Assembly (NCBI GenBank): GCA_963708185.1
Contig: OY970195.1
Coordinates: 960,001-1,024,000, forward strand
Length of the DNA stretch: 64,000 nucleotides
Reading direction: 5' to 3'
From: Candidatus Peregrinibacteria bacterium
GTDB taxonomy: Bacteria > Patescibacteriota > Gracilibacteria > UBA1369
Under the pieces are notes generated by a model that searched no databases, was not told the origin of the DNA, and worked only from the letters and a program-made list of their open reading frames with translations. A program made the position numbers and the translations under genes. Numbering within the stretch: position 1 is the first letter of the stretch; each line of letters opens with the position of its first letter. Below are positions 8,849 through 20,700 of the stretch, piece after piece.

Positions 8849-10180
8849 TTACGCCGGTGTTTCCTCTTTTAAAATCTTTCTGGTTTCTATTTTATAGAGT
8901 TCCACATTGGGCTGGTCAAACGGATTCACGTTCATGAGTTTGCCCAGGTACATCATTTCGATCATCTTGAACTGGAGGAATTCGCCGATCGCGAAGGGTG
9001 AGATTTCCGGCATGACGATTTCCATGAAAGGAAGTTCCTTTTTGGAATAGGCCAGCTTGGTTCCTTCCAGAATGGCTTCCATAATATGCTTGGCGCTTTT
9101 ATTCTTGAGGTCGGGGTTGAGTTCGTTCGCAAAACTCTCTTTGGGAAGCGGCATTGGGTCCTCGACATTCCTCACATAGATAAACGTCGTAAACTTATCG
9201 AGCGGTCCACCCAGATACAGCTGGCCGACGGAATGCAGGTCGGTTGAACCCAGTGAAACGGTCGGCGTTATGCCGGCATTGACGATCTCGCCGTCGCGGT
9301 TTTTTTCCTTGCCGACGCTTTCTCCCATAAGCTGGCGGTACCATTTGCCCAGAGATTCGAGCTGGGGAGCAAAAAAGAAATTGTCGTTGATGGTTTTGCC
9401 GTTTTTCTGGTTGAGACAGATCACCGCAGCGGAGATCATGGCGGGGTTGAGGTCCGGTCCGTCCTCGATGCAGTTCTTGCGCATGGTGGCAGCACCTTCG
9501 CAAAGGCCCTCAATGTCGATTCCTCCTGCTGCAAGCGGGAAAAGTCCGACGGGAGAAAGTACGGAATAACGGCCGCCGACCATTTTGGGAATGGTCAACG
9601 CGGTGATGTTTTTGGACGTCGCAAGCTCCCAGAGCTTGGAGTTTTCGTCGGTGGTGATGACGGTCCTTTCTTCAACGGCTCGGTGATCGAATTTTTCTTC
9701 AAGCGCGCCGATGATTACCGCAGCATTGGCGAGCGTTTCGGTCGTGGTTCCGGATTTACTGATGATATTGAGTAAAATATCTTCCGGCCTTTTGATTTCC
9801 AAATCCAGGAAATTTTTCAAACGCCGGAGATACTCCGGATCCGAAGTTTCCAAAAAAATCAGTCTGGGAAAGCGGTCGCAGTCAATGGCGTCGGTAAAAC
9901 CAAAAACAGCGTCGTAGACGGCTTTGGTGCCGAGGTTGGAACCGCCGATGCCAATGACGATGATGTACTTGAGCTGCGGCGTGACTTTACTTTTTTTGAC
10001 GACGTTGACCACGGAGATGTGGTTCTGATCTAACGGGAGGTTCACCGAACATTCGGGATTGTCGTAATCGCTGCGGGTGAGAATTTTGGTAAAATATTCG
10101 CGGTACTCTTCGAGACTTTGCGTCGTTTTTTTGAGTTCTTCCGAGCTGATTCCGCTCGAATCTTTATAAAGGAGTTCCAT
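8849..10180 (-). CDS. pgi: Glucose-6-phosphate isomerase
   Basis: IGIGGSNLG, ISKSGTTTET, VGGRYSV, GESVGK, NPFDQPNVELYK. Confidence 0.93.
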   Translation of the reverse strand: MELLYKDSSGISSEELKKTTQSLEEYREYFTKILTRSDYDNPECSVNLPLDQNHISVVNVVKKSKVTPQLKYIIVIGIGGSNLGTKAVYDAVFGFTDAIDCDRFPRLIFLETSDPEYLRRLKNFLDLEIKRPEDILLNIISKSGTTTETLANAAVIIGALEEKFDHRAVEERTVITTDENSKLWELATSKNITALTIPKMVGGRYSVLSPVGLFPLAAGGIDIEGLCEGAATMRKNCIEDGPDLNPAMISAAVICLNQKNGKTINDNFFFAPQLESLGKWYRQLMGESVGKEKNRDGEIVNAGITPTVSLGSTDLHSVGQLYLGGPLDKFTTFIYVRNVEDPMPLPKESFANELNPDLKNKSAKHIMEAILEGTKLAYSKKELPFMEIVMPEISPFAIGEFLQFKMIEMMYLGKLMNVNPFDQPNVELYKIETRKILKEETPA

Positions 10181-10210
10181 TGCCGGTGGAGGTTATGAGT
10201 CCGATGAAAG

Positions 10211-11074
10211 TTACGCGACGAGGGTGTTCCAGTCCTGCGAGAATTTTTCTATGCCCTTGGTGGTGAGATCGTGACCGATGATGAAACCCTGCCACGGCTT
10301 GGTGAGGTCGAGGTCCTTCGCCGGGATCGGTTTGAGTTCGGGATGGTTGTAGGTAAAATCTTCCGACGGCATGGGCATGCCCTTTTCTCCCCACTCCTTG
10401 AGCACTTTGTGGGGCGCTGTGATGATGTCCGAACCGAGGTGGAGTGCGAACATGAAGTGTTCAAAAGAACGGACGCTGGCGGTGAGCACCTCCACGTGGC
10501 CGTCGCTCGTTTTATACATGTCGATGATGTTCTTGATGACATCCATACCGTTTTCGCCGCGGTCGTCGAGACGGCCGATGAACGGAGACACAAACACCTG
10601 GCCTTTGACCGCGCCCCTGGTGGCGGCGTAGACCGCGGCGGCCTGGTCCTGGGTAAAGCACAGCGTCATGTTCACGCGCATGCCCGCTTTGATGGAGTTT
10701 TCAGCCGCCGTGAGACCCGCCGTTGTGGTGGGGTATTTGATGTGGGCGTTGGGTATCCAACCGAACATTTCCCTGCCCTGGGTGAACATGGCGTCCGAGG
10801 TGGTGTTGAGGTCGCAGTACACTTCCACGGAAATCGAACCCTGCGGCAACATTTGTGAAAGCTGCGTTACCACGCTTTTATAGAAATCGTAAATTTCCTG
10901 ACTGGTGAATTTCTTGCCTTCCTGGAGCCTTTTTTGGGCTTCGGGATTTTTTGATACGAGGGTGGGGTTGGTGGTCTGTCCGTCGAGAAAACACAAAAGA
11001 TCCAACATCTCTTTGGTTTCCGCCGGATCACCGCTGTCCAGAAAAATTTTCGTTTTCAGGTTGGCTGGTCTCAT
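10211..11074 (-). CDS. tal: Transaldolase (FSA/TalC-type family)
   Basis: IFLDSG, TTNPTL, VNMTLCF, VSPFIGRLDD, LTASVR; start may be the TTG at 11089. Confidence 0.9.
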   Translation of the reverse strand: MRPANLKTKIFLDSGDPAETKEMLDLLCFLDGQTTNPTLVSKNPEAQKRLQEGKKFTSQEIYDFYKSVVTQLSQMLPQGSISVEVYCDLNTTSDAMFTQGREMFGWIPNAHIKYPTTTAGLTAAENSIKAGMRVNMTLCFTQDQAAAVYAATRGAVKGQVFVSPFIGRLDDRGENGMDVIKNIIDMYKTSDGHVEVLTASVRSFEHFMFALHLGSDIITAPHKVLKEWGEKGMPMPSEDFTYNHPELKPIPAKDLDLTKPWQGFIIGHDLTTKGIEKFSQDWNTLVA

Positions 11075-11085
11075 GATGGTGAAGG

Positions 11086-12948
11086 TCAAATGATACTTTT
11101 CACTTTGGCGACAATGGCCTTTCGGGAAATTTCTTCATAGTCGAGAAGTTCCTGCGGTTTGCCGCTGTGAGGCATTTTTTTGACGGCGAGCGAGTAGATC
11201 GGGCCGTTGAATGTTGAATTTTTGCCCAGGGTCACGCCTTCGGCGAGTGCCGTTTTTACGGCTTCACCGAGGCCTCCTTCGATATAGTGATCTTCCACGG
11301 TGATGACGGCCTTGGTGCCGCCGATGGATTTGAGGAGGCTTTCCACGATGATCGGTTTGATGGAGTACAGATCGATGACGCGGATGAAAATATTTTCCTT
11401 GGCGAGTGCTTCGTACGCCGCGAGTGCTTCATGGAGCGTCACTCCCGCGGAGATGACCGTGACGGCGTCGTTGTCGCTCTGCTGCAAAACTTTGTGTTCG
11501 CCGATCTTGAACTCCTGGGTAATTCCATAAAGAATCGGCGTATCCATGCGCGTCGTGCGGATGTAGACGTTTCCATAATGCTTGGCGGCTTCCTCAACGA
11601 GTTTTTCCGTGGAGATGGCGTCGGCCGGATAGAGCACGACGCTGTTGAGAAGCGATCTGAACATGGCGATGTCTTCGAGTCCCATCTGCGACGATCCGTC
11701 TTCGCCGATTGAGACTCCGCTGTGGGAACCCACGTATTTGATGTTGGAATCTGAATACTGGCTCATGCGGATCTGGTCGTAAGCCCTCGTCAGGAAAGCC
11801 GAAAAGGTGGACATGAACGGAATTTTTTCCCTGCGGGAAAGACCGAGGGCGACGCCCGCCATGTTCTGTTCGGCGATGAACATTTCGAAGAAATGGTGCG
11901 GATATTTTTCCTTGAAGATTTCGGCGTAGGTAGAGTTACTGACTTCGGCATCGAGCACGGCGATGTTCGGATACTCTTCGAACAGGCGGGTAATCGCATG
12001 GCCGTAGGCCTTGCGTGTGGCGACGGGTTTGGAGTTGTAGTCCGGAAACGGAATGCTTTCCCCCGTGTATTCGGCGGGCTTGAGGTTTTCGGGCATGGCG
12101 AGTTCGACTTTCATCGAGGTGTCCACTTCGCCGATTTCGGCGAGCGCTTTCTTGAGATCGTCCGGGCCGAGCGCTTTGCCGTGCCAGCCTTCCTTGTCTT
12201 CCAGAAAAGAAACCCCCTTCCCTTTGAGGGTTTTTGCAATGATCATGACCGGTTTGTCTTTTACGTTCTCGGCTTTCCGGTAGGCGTCGAAAACTTCCTG
12301 AAGATTGTGTCCGTCAATGACGATGGTTTCCCAGCCGAACGCCCTGATGCGCTGTTCATACACGTCGGTGTCATGTTCGTACATGGTGCGGCCGCGTTGC
12401 CCCAGAGCGTTGACGTCGATGATGCCGATAAGATTGTCGAGCTTGTAGTATGAAGCGATCTCCATGGCTTCCCATTGCGACCCTTCCGCCATTTCACTGT
12501 CGCCCAAAAGGACGTAGGTTTTGTAGGGAAGTTTGTCGAGATATTTCGCGTTGATGGCCATGCCCGCGCCGATGGAAAGTCCCTGGCCGAGCGAACCGGT
12601 GGCGGCTTCGGTATAGGGGAAAGCGGGTGTGGGATGGCCTTCCAGCCGGCTGCCGAATTTGCGCAAGGTCTTGAGCTCATCCTCGGCGACGACGCCGGCG
12701 ACGGCATACAATGAATAAAAAAGAGGCGATGCGTGGCCCTTGGAAAAAATGAGGCGGTCGTTGTTTGGAAGGTTCGGATTCTTAAGATCGAACTTGTAAA
12801 ATCCCGAGAAGAAAAGCACCGCCATCAGTTCCGTCGCCGACATGGCCGAGGTCGGGTGGCCGGAGCCGGCCGCAGATGTTGAAATGAGTGAATAGTAGCG
12901 GATGAGTTTTGCTGTTTGTTCGAGTTTTTGCTGGTCAAAAGCTGGCAT
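11086..12948 (-). CDS. tkt: Transketolase
   Basis: GSGHPTS, SKGHASP, LEGHP, TGSLGQG, GDSEMAEG, GEDGSSQM. Confidence 0.95.
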   Translation of the reverse strand: MPAFDQQKLEQTAKLIRYYSLISTSAAGSGHPTSAMSATELMAVLFFSGFYKFDLKNPNLPNNDRLIFSKGHASPLFYSLYAVAGVVAEDELKTLRKFGSRLEGHPTPAFPYTEAATGSLGQGLSIGAGMAINAKYLDKLPYKTYVLLGDSEMAEGSQWEAMEIASYYKLDNLIGIIDVNALGQRGRTMYEHDTDVYEQRIRAFGWETIVIDGHNLQEVFDAYRKAENVKDKPVMIIAKTLKGKGVSFLEDKEGWHGKALGPDDLKKALAEIGEVDTSMKVELAMPENLKPAEYTGESIPFPDYNSKPVATRKAYGHAITRLFEEYPNIAVLDAEVSNSTYAEIFKEKYPHHFFEMFIAEQNMAGVALGLSRREKIPFMSTFSAFLTRAYDQIRMSQYSDSNIKYVGSHSGVSIGEDGSSQMGLEDIAMFRSLLNSVVLYPADAISTEKLVEEAAKHYGNVYIRTTRMDTPILYGITQEFKIGEHKVLQQSDNDAVTVISAGVTLHEALAAYEALAKENIFIRVIDLYSIKPIIVESLLKSIGGTKAVITVEDHYIEGGLGEAVKTALAEGVTLGKNSTFNGPIYSLAVKKMPHSGKPQELLDYEEISRKAIVAKVKSII

Positions 12949-13016
12949 TGTTTATCAAAAAAACGTATAGAAGTGCCTACAATGTAACACTAAAGTTTCC
13001 ATTTCTCCAAGGACAA

Positions 13017-14466
13017 TTAGAGCTCTTTCTTCGGGCCAAAACTGCCTTTCGGGTACATATGGAGTTTGGACTTTTTCCAGGATTCAATGATCGGCGTGAT
13101 GAATTTCCATGACGCCAGCACTTCATCGGTGCTGGTAAAGAAAGTCTGGTCACCTTTGATGCAGTCGAAAAGAACGCGCTCATAGGCGTCTACGGTTTTG
13201 ACCGCACTTTTTCCTTCGTTGTAGCTGAAAGAAAGTTCATGCGGTTCAAGAAACGACTGAAGCCCCGGTTTTTTCGCCCAGAAAAGAATGGAGATTCCCT
13301 CTTCGGGCTGGATCTTGAACATGATGACGTTCTTGAAATCGCAGGTTTCATCCTTGGGACACAAATACGCGTTCGAACGCTTAAAATGTACGATGATTTC
13401 GGCCTTGCTTTCCTTCATGGCCTTGCCGCTTTCAAGGTAGAAGGGAACCCCCTTCCAGCGCTGATTGTTGATGAACGCTTTGATTTTGAAGTAGGTTTCC
13501 GTTTTGGAATTCTTGGCCACGGAAGGTTCTTCGCGATAGCCTTCATACTGTCCCCTCACGGTAGAACTCTGGACGTCTTTGTCTTTGATCGGCATGAGCG
13601 CGTTGAGTACCTTGGTCCTCGCGGGACGTACCGTCTGAGCATCGGTGCTCAGCGGGTTTTCCATGGCAATAAGCGCCAGCATGCGCAGTATATGATTCTG
13701 CCCGACGTCGCGGAGAGCTTCCCACGTTATCGTAAAAAGCTCCTCTTCCTTCAACGTCGAGCTTTTCGTAAATCTTGATTTCAACTTTTTCAATGTAATC
13801 ACGGTTCCAGATCGGTTCAAAAAGCAAGTTGGAGAACCTGAACATCATGATGTTCTGCAGTGTTTCCTTTGCCAGATAATGGTCAATGCGGAAAATCTGT
13901 TCTTCGCGAAAAAGTTTCCCGAGCATATGGTCGAGTTTTTTTGCCGATGCATCGTCATGTCCGAAAGGTTTTTCAATGAGGATTCTTGTCCAGCCTTCAC
14001 CATCACTGCAGGCGATGGTCAGACCATAATACGAGAGGTTCTTGAGAATGGTCTGGTAGAGATCCGGCGGAACGGCCAGGTAAAAAAGTTTGTTGGAGCA
14101 GCGCTTGAAACCTTTGGTGTCCATGGCAACGAGTTTCTTCTTGAGGCTCTTATAGCTTTGGGGATCGTCAAAATATCCTTCGTGGTAGGAAATGGTTTTG
14201 AGGAACTTCCTGAACTCGGGGCCTTTGAGGACCGGCAACTTGCGGCGTTTTTGTTCCTGTGTAATGAAATCACGGTATCCTTCGTCGGACATCGAACGCC
14301 TTGAAAAAGCTATGATGCGGAAATTTTTCGGGAGCATCCCTTTTTTATAGAGGTGGAAAAAAGACGGGATGAGTTTGCGGATGGACAAATCACCGGTCGC
14401 TCCGAAAATGACGACTACCGTCGGCTTGGATGCGGCATACTCTTTTTTTATTTTTTTAATATCCAT
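13017..14466 (-). CDS. zwf: Glucose-6-phosphate 1-dehydrogenase, split by one extra base at about 13719 (probable sequencing indel, otherwise a pseudogene)
   Basis: GATGDL, IEKPFG, RIDHYLAKE in ORF 13543..14502; ALRDVGQNH, WKGVPFY..GK, AYERV in ORF 13017..13820. Junction reads GTG GGA A GCT CTC; removing one A restores YDNVGALRDV. Confidence 0.9.
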
Positions 14467-14571
14467 TGAAAATCTGGTGAAGATACCCGAAGTGCAATAC
14501 AATTTCCGTGAATTCGTTATATATATACGATTGTTTGCCGCAAGTTACAAGACCCATTTACTACTACTTTC

Positions 14572-17082
14572 TTGAAGAAATTTTCTTTCACCCAAGAGTT
14601 CAAAGCTTTCCTCAAAAAACACCGCATCGCTTCGATTTTTCTGCTGGCTTTCACCGCGCTGGTGATTTTCGGCATCAGTTTTTATCTCTACATCGCCTAT
14701 TTTTTACCGCTTCCCGATGCGCTTATGCAGGACCAGCCCCAGGGCTCCATCAAGATTCTCGACCGCAAAGGACAACTTCTCTATGAAGTGATCCAGCCTA
14801 CGGGCGGCAAAAAAACTTTCACGGAACTCACTCAAATTCCCAAAAATTTCGTCAACGCAACCCTGGCCTCTGAAGACATCAATTATTATCAGCATGGCGG
14901 CGTCGATCTTGTAGCCATCGGCAGAGCGGTCTTTTTCAACGTCAGCGAAGGGAGGATTGTGAGCGGCGCGAGCACGATTACCCAGCAGCTCGTCCGCAAT
15001 CTGCTTGGTTACACCACGGAGCGCGGGTATTCCGAAAAGATCATGGAGGCCATCTATGCCATTCGTCTTTCGAACGTCTACTCCAAAGACCAGATTCTCG
15101 AACTGTACCTGAACACCATTTATTACGGCAATCTCGCCTACGGTGCGGAATCAGCGGCGCAGGATTATTTCGGGAAACACGTTTATGATCTGGATCTGGC
15201 CGAGTCGTCGTTGTTGGCCGGACTCCCCCAGGCACCTTCCTACTACAATCCTTTCCTTTATATGGACCGTGCAAAAAAACGCCAGCAGTACGTGCTTGAT
15301 CAAATGGTCAAATACGGATTCATCGACGATGCCACGTCAAAAGCCGCCGCCGCCGAGCCTTTGAAACTCCGCCAGAATATTTTTGAAATGAAGGCTCCTC
15401 ACTTCGTACGGTACGTTCTCAACCAGCTCGGTGATGTCGTCGGCAACAAAAAACTTGAAGAAGGAGGATTCAGCGTGTACACGACGCTTGATGAAGACCT
15501 TCAGCTGCAAGCCGAACAGATCGTGGCGCAGCAGGTAAAAAGTCTGGGCGACAAACATGTCACCGACGGCGCGTTGCTTTCACTTGATCCGAAAACCGGA
15601 AAAATCCTGGCATGGGTCGGCAGCGAAAATTATTATAACGACGACATCGACGGCCAGGTCGACATGATCACGGCTCTGCGACAACCCGGTTCCTCCATCA
15701 AACCACTGATGTATCTGCTCGCTTTGGAAAAAGGATATACGCCGGCAACGGTCCTTGCCGATGTTCCGGTTGAGTTTCAGACCGACACAGGGCCTTATGC
15801 TCCAAAAAATTACGACCTGGATTTCCACGGCCCGGTGCGCCTGCGCGAGGCGCTGGCAAGTTCGTTCAACGTTCCCGCGGTCCAGACGCTCAACACGTTG
15901 GGGGTTGAAGTTTTCATGGCTTTTCTGGATAAACTCGGCATCCAGACGCTTGACCAGAATCCGAACTTTTACGGTCTCGCTCTCACGCTTGGAGGAGGCG
16001 AAGTGCGTATGTACGACATGGCGCGGGCGTTCAACGTCATCGCGAACTACGGCGATTATTTTGATTTGAGCACGATTGAAAAAATCACCGACGCCGCCGG
16101 GACGAATCTTTATACGTGGAAGCAATCCTCGCCTTCCTACGTTCTCGGGCAGGACGGAAGACAGCACGCGTACCAGATCATCGACATTCTCAAAGACCCG
16201 AATGCCAGACTGAAAGGTTTCGGTGAGGGAAGCGTCCTGGAAATTTCCCACGAAGCCGCGGTGAAGACCGGGACCACACGCAACTTCCGCGACAACTGGA
16301 CGATCGGTTTTACTCCGCAGCTTCTCACCGCGGTGTGGGTCGGCAATGCCGATGCTTCGGCCATGCAGGATATCAGCGGCGTGGACGGCGCGGGGCCGAT
16401 CTGGCACGATTTCATGGAAGCCGCGCTGCAGTTTGCGCCCCAGGTAAAATTCAACGTGCCCCCGCGCCTCCATCAGGCGGAGGTCTGTGCGATCTCAGGA
16501 AAACTTCCGACGGACCTTTGTCCCGACCGGATCTTCGAGTGGTTTGTAAAAGGTCAGGAACCAAAGGAACCGGACGATTATTATCAAAGTTACTGGGTTT
16601 TACGCTCGAACGGGCACCTCATCCGTCCGGAGTGCGTGGACAGCTATCCCGAGGCTGCCCGACTTCAAAAAACCTTTATCACCTACCCAGCCGCCTTCCA
16701 AAGCTGGGCACAGCAAAAAGGCCTTTCCTTACCGCCTTTTGAGCCCTGTGCGTTATCAAAAACATCGGGTTCGGGATATACGGACGCCTACTCCACGCAG
16801 GAAAAATCGCTTATTACCGTAGACAGTCCGTCTCATCAGGACCAATTCCAGGTTGACCATGAGCTTCCGGCGGATACTCAGAAAATACCGTTCCGGGTCA
16901 CCGCTTCTTCGGATGTCGACGAGATAACTTTTTTGCTGGACGGCAAAGAACTTGCGACGGTGGGGCAACCTTTCAACTATTTGTGGATTCCCGAGAAAGG
17001 GAAACATACCCTTCAAGCCGTTTCACATATTTACAACGGTTCGACGCAGGAAAGTACTCCGGTAACTTTTGACGTTGAATAA
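14572..17082 (+). CDS. pbpC: Bifunctional penicillin-binding protein, PBP1C type (TM, transglycosylase, transpeptidase, C-terminal Ig-like domain)
   Basis: ED..YYQHGGVD, GASTITQQL, RQPGSSIKP (SxxK), SFN, KTGT, C-terminal beta domain; upstream of an A2M gene. Confidence 0.88.
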   Translation: MKKFSFTQEFKAFLKKHRIASIFLLAFTALVIFGISFYLYIAYFLPLPDALMQDQPQGSIKILDRKGQLLYEVIQPTGGKKTFTELTQIPKNFVNATLASEDINYYQHGGVDLVAIGRAVFFNVSEGRIVSGASTITQQLVRNLLGYTTERGYSEKIMEAIYAIRLSNVYSKDQILELYLNTIYYGNLAYGAESAAQDYFGKHVYDLDLAESSLLAGLPQAPSYYNPFLYMDRAKKRQQYVLDQMVKYGFIDDATSKAAAAEPLKLRQNIFEMKAPHFVRYVLNQLGDVVGNKKLEEGGFSVYTTLDEDLQLQAEQIVAQQVKSLGDKHVTDGALLSLDPKTGKILAWVGSENYYNDDIDGQVDMITALRQPGSSIKPLMYLLALEKGYTPATVLADVPVEFQTDTGPYAPKNYDLDFHGPVRLREALASSFNVPAVQTLNTLGVEVFMAFLDKLGIQTLDQNPNFYGLALTLGGGEVRMYDMARAFNVIANYGDYFDLSTIEKITDAAGTNLYTWKQSSPSYVLGQDGRQHAYQIIDILKDPNARLKGFGEGSVLEISHEAAVKTGTTRNFRDNWTIGFTPQLLTAVWVGNADASAMQDISGVDGAGPIWHDFMEAALQFAPQVKFNVPPRLHQAEVCAISGKLPTDLCPDRIFEWFVKGQEPKEPDDYYQSYWVLRSNGHLIRPECVDSYPEAARLQKTFITYPAAFQSWAQQKGLSLPPFEPCALSKTSGSGYTDAYSTQEKSLITVDSPSHQDQFQVDHELPADTQKIPFRVTASSDVDEITFLLDGKELATVGQPFNYLWIPEKGKHTLQAVSHIYNGSTQESTPVTFDVE

Positions 17083-17217
17083 ATTGTTGTAATACTTTTT
17101 CTGGAGAAATTGTTCTTAAGAGCGGCAAGATTCCGGGAGCCGTGATGACGATGAACTTTTATTGTCTTTTCCTGTCATCACCACTACAATTCTCTTTAGC
17201 GTTCCGCCCCAAGAACC

Positions 17218-17769
17218 ATGGATCTCCAAGATCAGCAAAAACTCGTTGCCGAAGCCCAGCAAAGTCCCGATGGATTCGGCAGGCTCTATGATTATTTCTT
17301 CCCGAAAGTCTACGCTTTTGTCGCCTCCAAAGTCGGCGACCGTGATGATGCCGAAGACCTCACCAGCGAAATTTTCATGAAGGTTCTCGAAAACATTCAC
17401 GCTTATGAATGGAGAGGCATTCCCTTCGGAGGCTGGCTGTTCAAAATCGCACGGAACGTGCTGAACACTTACTATTCCCAGCACGCAAAGACAACGACCA
17501 AAGATATTGATGATGTGTACGGGCTCGCCGAAGACGAAGAAAAAACTTCGCCTCATAAAAAAGCCGCTCAAAACGAACTCTCAGAAAAGGTAAAAAAAGT
17601 CATGCGCGAACTTCCGGAAAGAGAAGTGATGGTTGTCCAACTCAAATTTTTCTCTCAACTCAACAACCGGGAAATTATGCACGTTACCGGACTTTCCGAA
17701 AGCAACGTCGCGATTATTCTTTTCCGAACCCTGAGAAAAATAAAACCAGAACTTTCTTACTTTGCTTAA
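17218..17769 (+). CDS. ECF-family RNA polymerase sigma factor
   Basis: FGRLYDYFFPKVY, DAEDLTSEIF, FGGWLFKIARN (region 2); LPERE...SESNVAIILFR (region 4). Confidence 0.93.
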   Translation: MDLQDQQKLVAEAQQSPDGFGRLYDYFFPKVYAFVASKVGDRDDAEDLTSEIFMKVLENIHAYEWRGIPFGGWLFKIARNVLNTYYSQHAKTTTKDIDDVYGLAEDEEKTSPHKKAAQNELSEKVKKVMRELPEREVMVVQLKFFSQLNNREIMHVTGLSESNVAIILFRTLRKIKPELSYFA

Positions 17770-17779
17770 TCAACGGCCA

Positions 17780-20700
17780 ATGTTCTTCAAAAGAAAAAAA
17801 ATCAGGCAATTGAACCAGATGCTCGACTCGGCCAAAAAACCACGCGACCTGGAAGAAGTGACCCGTGCCATTGAGGACACGGCGCCGGCTGCCGCTCGAC
17901 CGGCATTCCAGAAACAACTTCGTCAACAATTACTCCATAAATACCACCCCATGGCCGCCGCCCATAAAGAAAAGAAAACAAAGGTTCACTCCTCCAATTC
18001 CGCACCGATGCGGGGAAAAGGCTGGGCTTTGGCCCTTGCCGTCCTGGTTATCCTCGTCGTTTCGGGCGTTGCCAGTTATCCGTTGATTCCGGCGCCGGAG
18101 GTCCAGGGCTATTCGCTCAAAGACACGGTCCGCAATATTTCCTACAATGCTCCGATCAAGGTCGTGTTCAGCCAGCCGATGGACCACAGTTCTGTCGAAC
18201 AGGCTTTCAAGATCGACCCGAATATCGAAGGAACTTTTTCCTGGGAGAACAACAGCCTGCTCTTCATGCCCAAAGAACCTTTCAAACTCGGCGACAGTTT
18301 CAAGGTTTCCGTGAACCAGTCGGCTCGCAGCATTTTCCAGAAACAGCTTCCAGGCGATTACGAAGAGAATTTCGTTATCGTCGCGGCACCTCAGGTTACG
18401 CTGTTCTCCCCGGCGCCTGATTCCGAGGACGTTCCCGTGGACGCCAAACTGACGGTGCATTTTGACCGTCCGATGATCCCGTTGACGAGCCTTGATCAGG
18501 CCAATGAAAAAGCCATCAACATCAACGTCGATCCTCCGATCCAGGGCAAAGCCAAATGGCTCGGAACTTCTTCGATGTCTTTCATTCCGGACAAACTTGC
18601 CTACGCCACCCATTATACCGTGACGATTCCAGCTGGAACCTTGTCCGACGAGGGAGGATCCACCGACAAAGATTTTGTCTACAGTTTTGATACCCTGAAA
18701 CCCGCATTTGAAACTTCCGTTCCGGCCGACCTGGATCCTTTCAACGGACCGAAGACGACAATTGAGCTGACCTTCAACCAGATCATGAATCTGGAGAAAG
18801 CCGGCGATTATATCAAGATTTACCAGTATGCCGGGAGCGACAAGGACTTCGCCAAAAAAATCCAATGGAACGGGAATGTGTATGGGGCTCCATCCAAAAA
18901 CGCCAAACTGTTGTTGACGGATACCGTCGTTGAACAGACCGACAAAGCGCAGTGGAAAGAAATCGGGAAAACCCTTCACTATTATACGGCCGATGAATAC
19001 AGACAGGATTATCTGAAGGACCAGCCCCAGGATGAGTCCAGTCAGACGCAGCAAATAGATGTTCCCGCGTCCGATGAACTGCAAAAAACTCTGGTGCTCG
19101 CGCCTTCTCAGCCGCTTGCCGAAGACAGTGTTTTCCTTGTCCAGATTCTCAAAGATTTTCCTGGAGCGGAAGGGACGTTCGGTTTGCCGGATGACCAGTC
19201 AATGATCATCAAGACGGTGGGGGCCCTGGATGTTGTTTCGACCTCCCCGGAGAACAACGCAAAAGATGTCCGCGATTCCGTGGTGAGCGTGACCTTCAAC
19301 CAGCCCATGGACGAAGCCAGCCTTCAAGACAAAGTGATGATCGAACCGAAGGCGATGGACGACAACAATCAGGAACAGAAACCCGAAGTTACGGTTTCCG
19401 GCGACGGTCTTGAAATGGACATCCATTATCCTTTCCTGCCTTCAACCAGCTATACCTTGACGGTCAAGCAGGGAGGAAAAAGTCTCTACGGAAAAAACTA
19501 TGACAAGGATATCGTTGTCGCTTTCAAAACCGCCCAGCTCGATCCATCGTTCAGTCTGGTGAGCTCCCCGGACATCAGTGTGCTCGACGCCACGAAACCT
19601 CGTGTTTATTACGTAAAATCCACCAACGTCGATTTGCTCCATCTTGAGTTCAAAAAACTTTCCGACGACGAGTTCAATAATTTCTACTCCAAAGGGTACG
19701 TGGATAACAACTATCGTCCGGACAGCGGATATACGTCTTTTGACGTGACACCGCAACGGGACTTCAACAAGAAGGTCGTCACGAAGCTCGATCTGGATAA
19801 AGCTCTTGGAACCGCCTTAACTCCGGGCTACTACTATTTTGAAATGACGAGCCCGCAGGTGTTCAACACCGACTACAACGGCAATCGGCACCCTCAGGTT
19901 AATAAGCAGGTTTTCGTGCTGACGAGCAATGCTCTCGCCACGAAACTCAGCCGGAACCAGCTGCTGGTATGGGCGACTTCGATGAAAGAAGGTGCTCCCG
20001 TGGAGGGGATGAACATCCAAGCAAAAAATACATCCGACGGAACGGTTTACAACGGCACGACGGATAAAGATGGTCTTGTGACGTTCCAACTTCCACAAAA
20101 AGACAATAATGACTACACGGGTGAATATATGGTGACCGGGCGCGTCGGAGATGACGTGACGCTGACGCACTCGACCTGGTCGGAAGGCGTGAGCCCGTGG
20201 AACTTCAACATTGATTACAGTTCCTACGCCGAAAAGTATTTCGTCTACATGTATACCGACCGTCCGATTTACCGCCCTGGAGACGCGATCGAGTTCAAAG
20301 GACTTGTGCGCATCAACGATGATCTTCATTATTCGCTTCCCGACCGCAGCAAGATTCACGTCTCCGTTCATGATGCCGACGACCAAGAGGTGTTCAGCAG
20401 GGATATCGACATCAACAAAAACGGAACGTTCAATGGAGAACTTCAGTTGGGGGATCAGGCTTCGACCGGCTACTACCAGATTACCGCGTCGCTTGCGGCG
20501 GCCGGCGAACCAACATATTCGCATTCTTTTTATCAGAGTTTCCAGGTCGCAGCGTACAGGAAACCCGATTATAAAATGACTGTCACGCCGGACAAGGATT
20601 CCTACGTGAACGGTGAAACGGCAAAGGTGAACGTCAACGGACAGTATTTCTTTGGCGCGCCGCTCGCGAACGCTCCAGTCGAGTGGACCGTGAAGAGCCA

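Noticed and set aside
13700-13740. Programmed ribosomal frameshift in zwf
   Set aside because: No canonical slippery heptamer at the junction; other single-base indels in the window point to sequencing error
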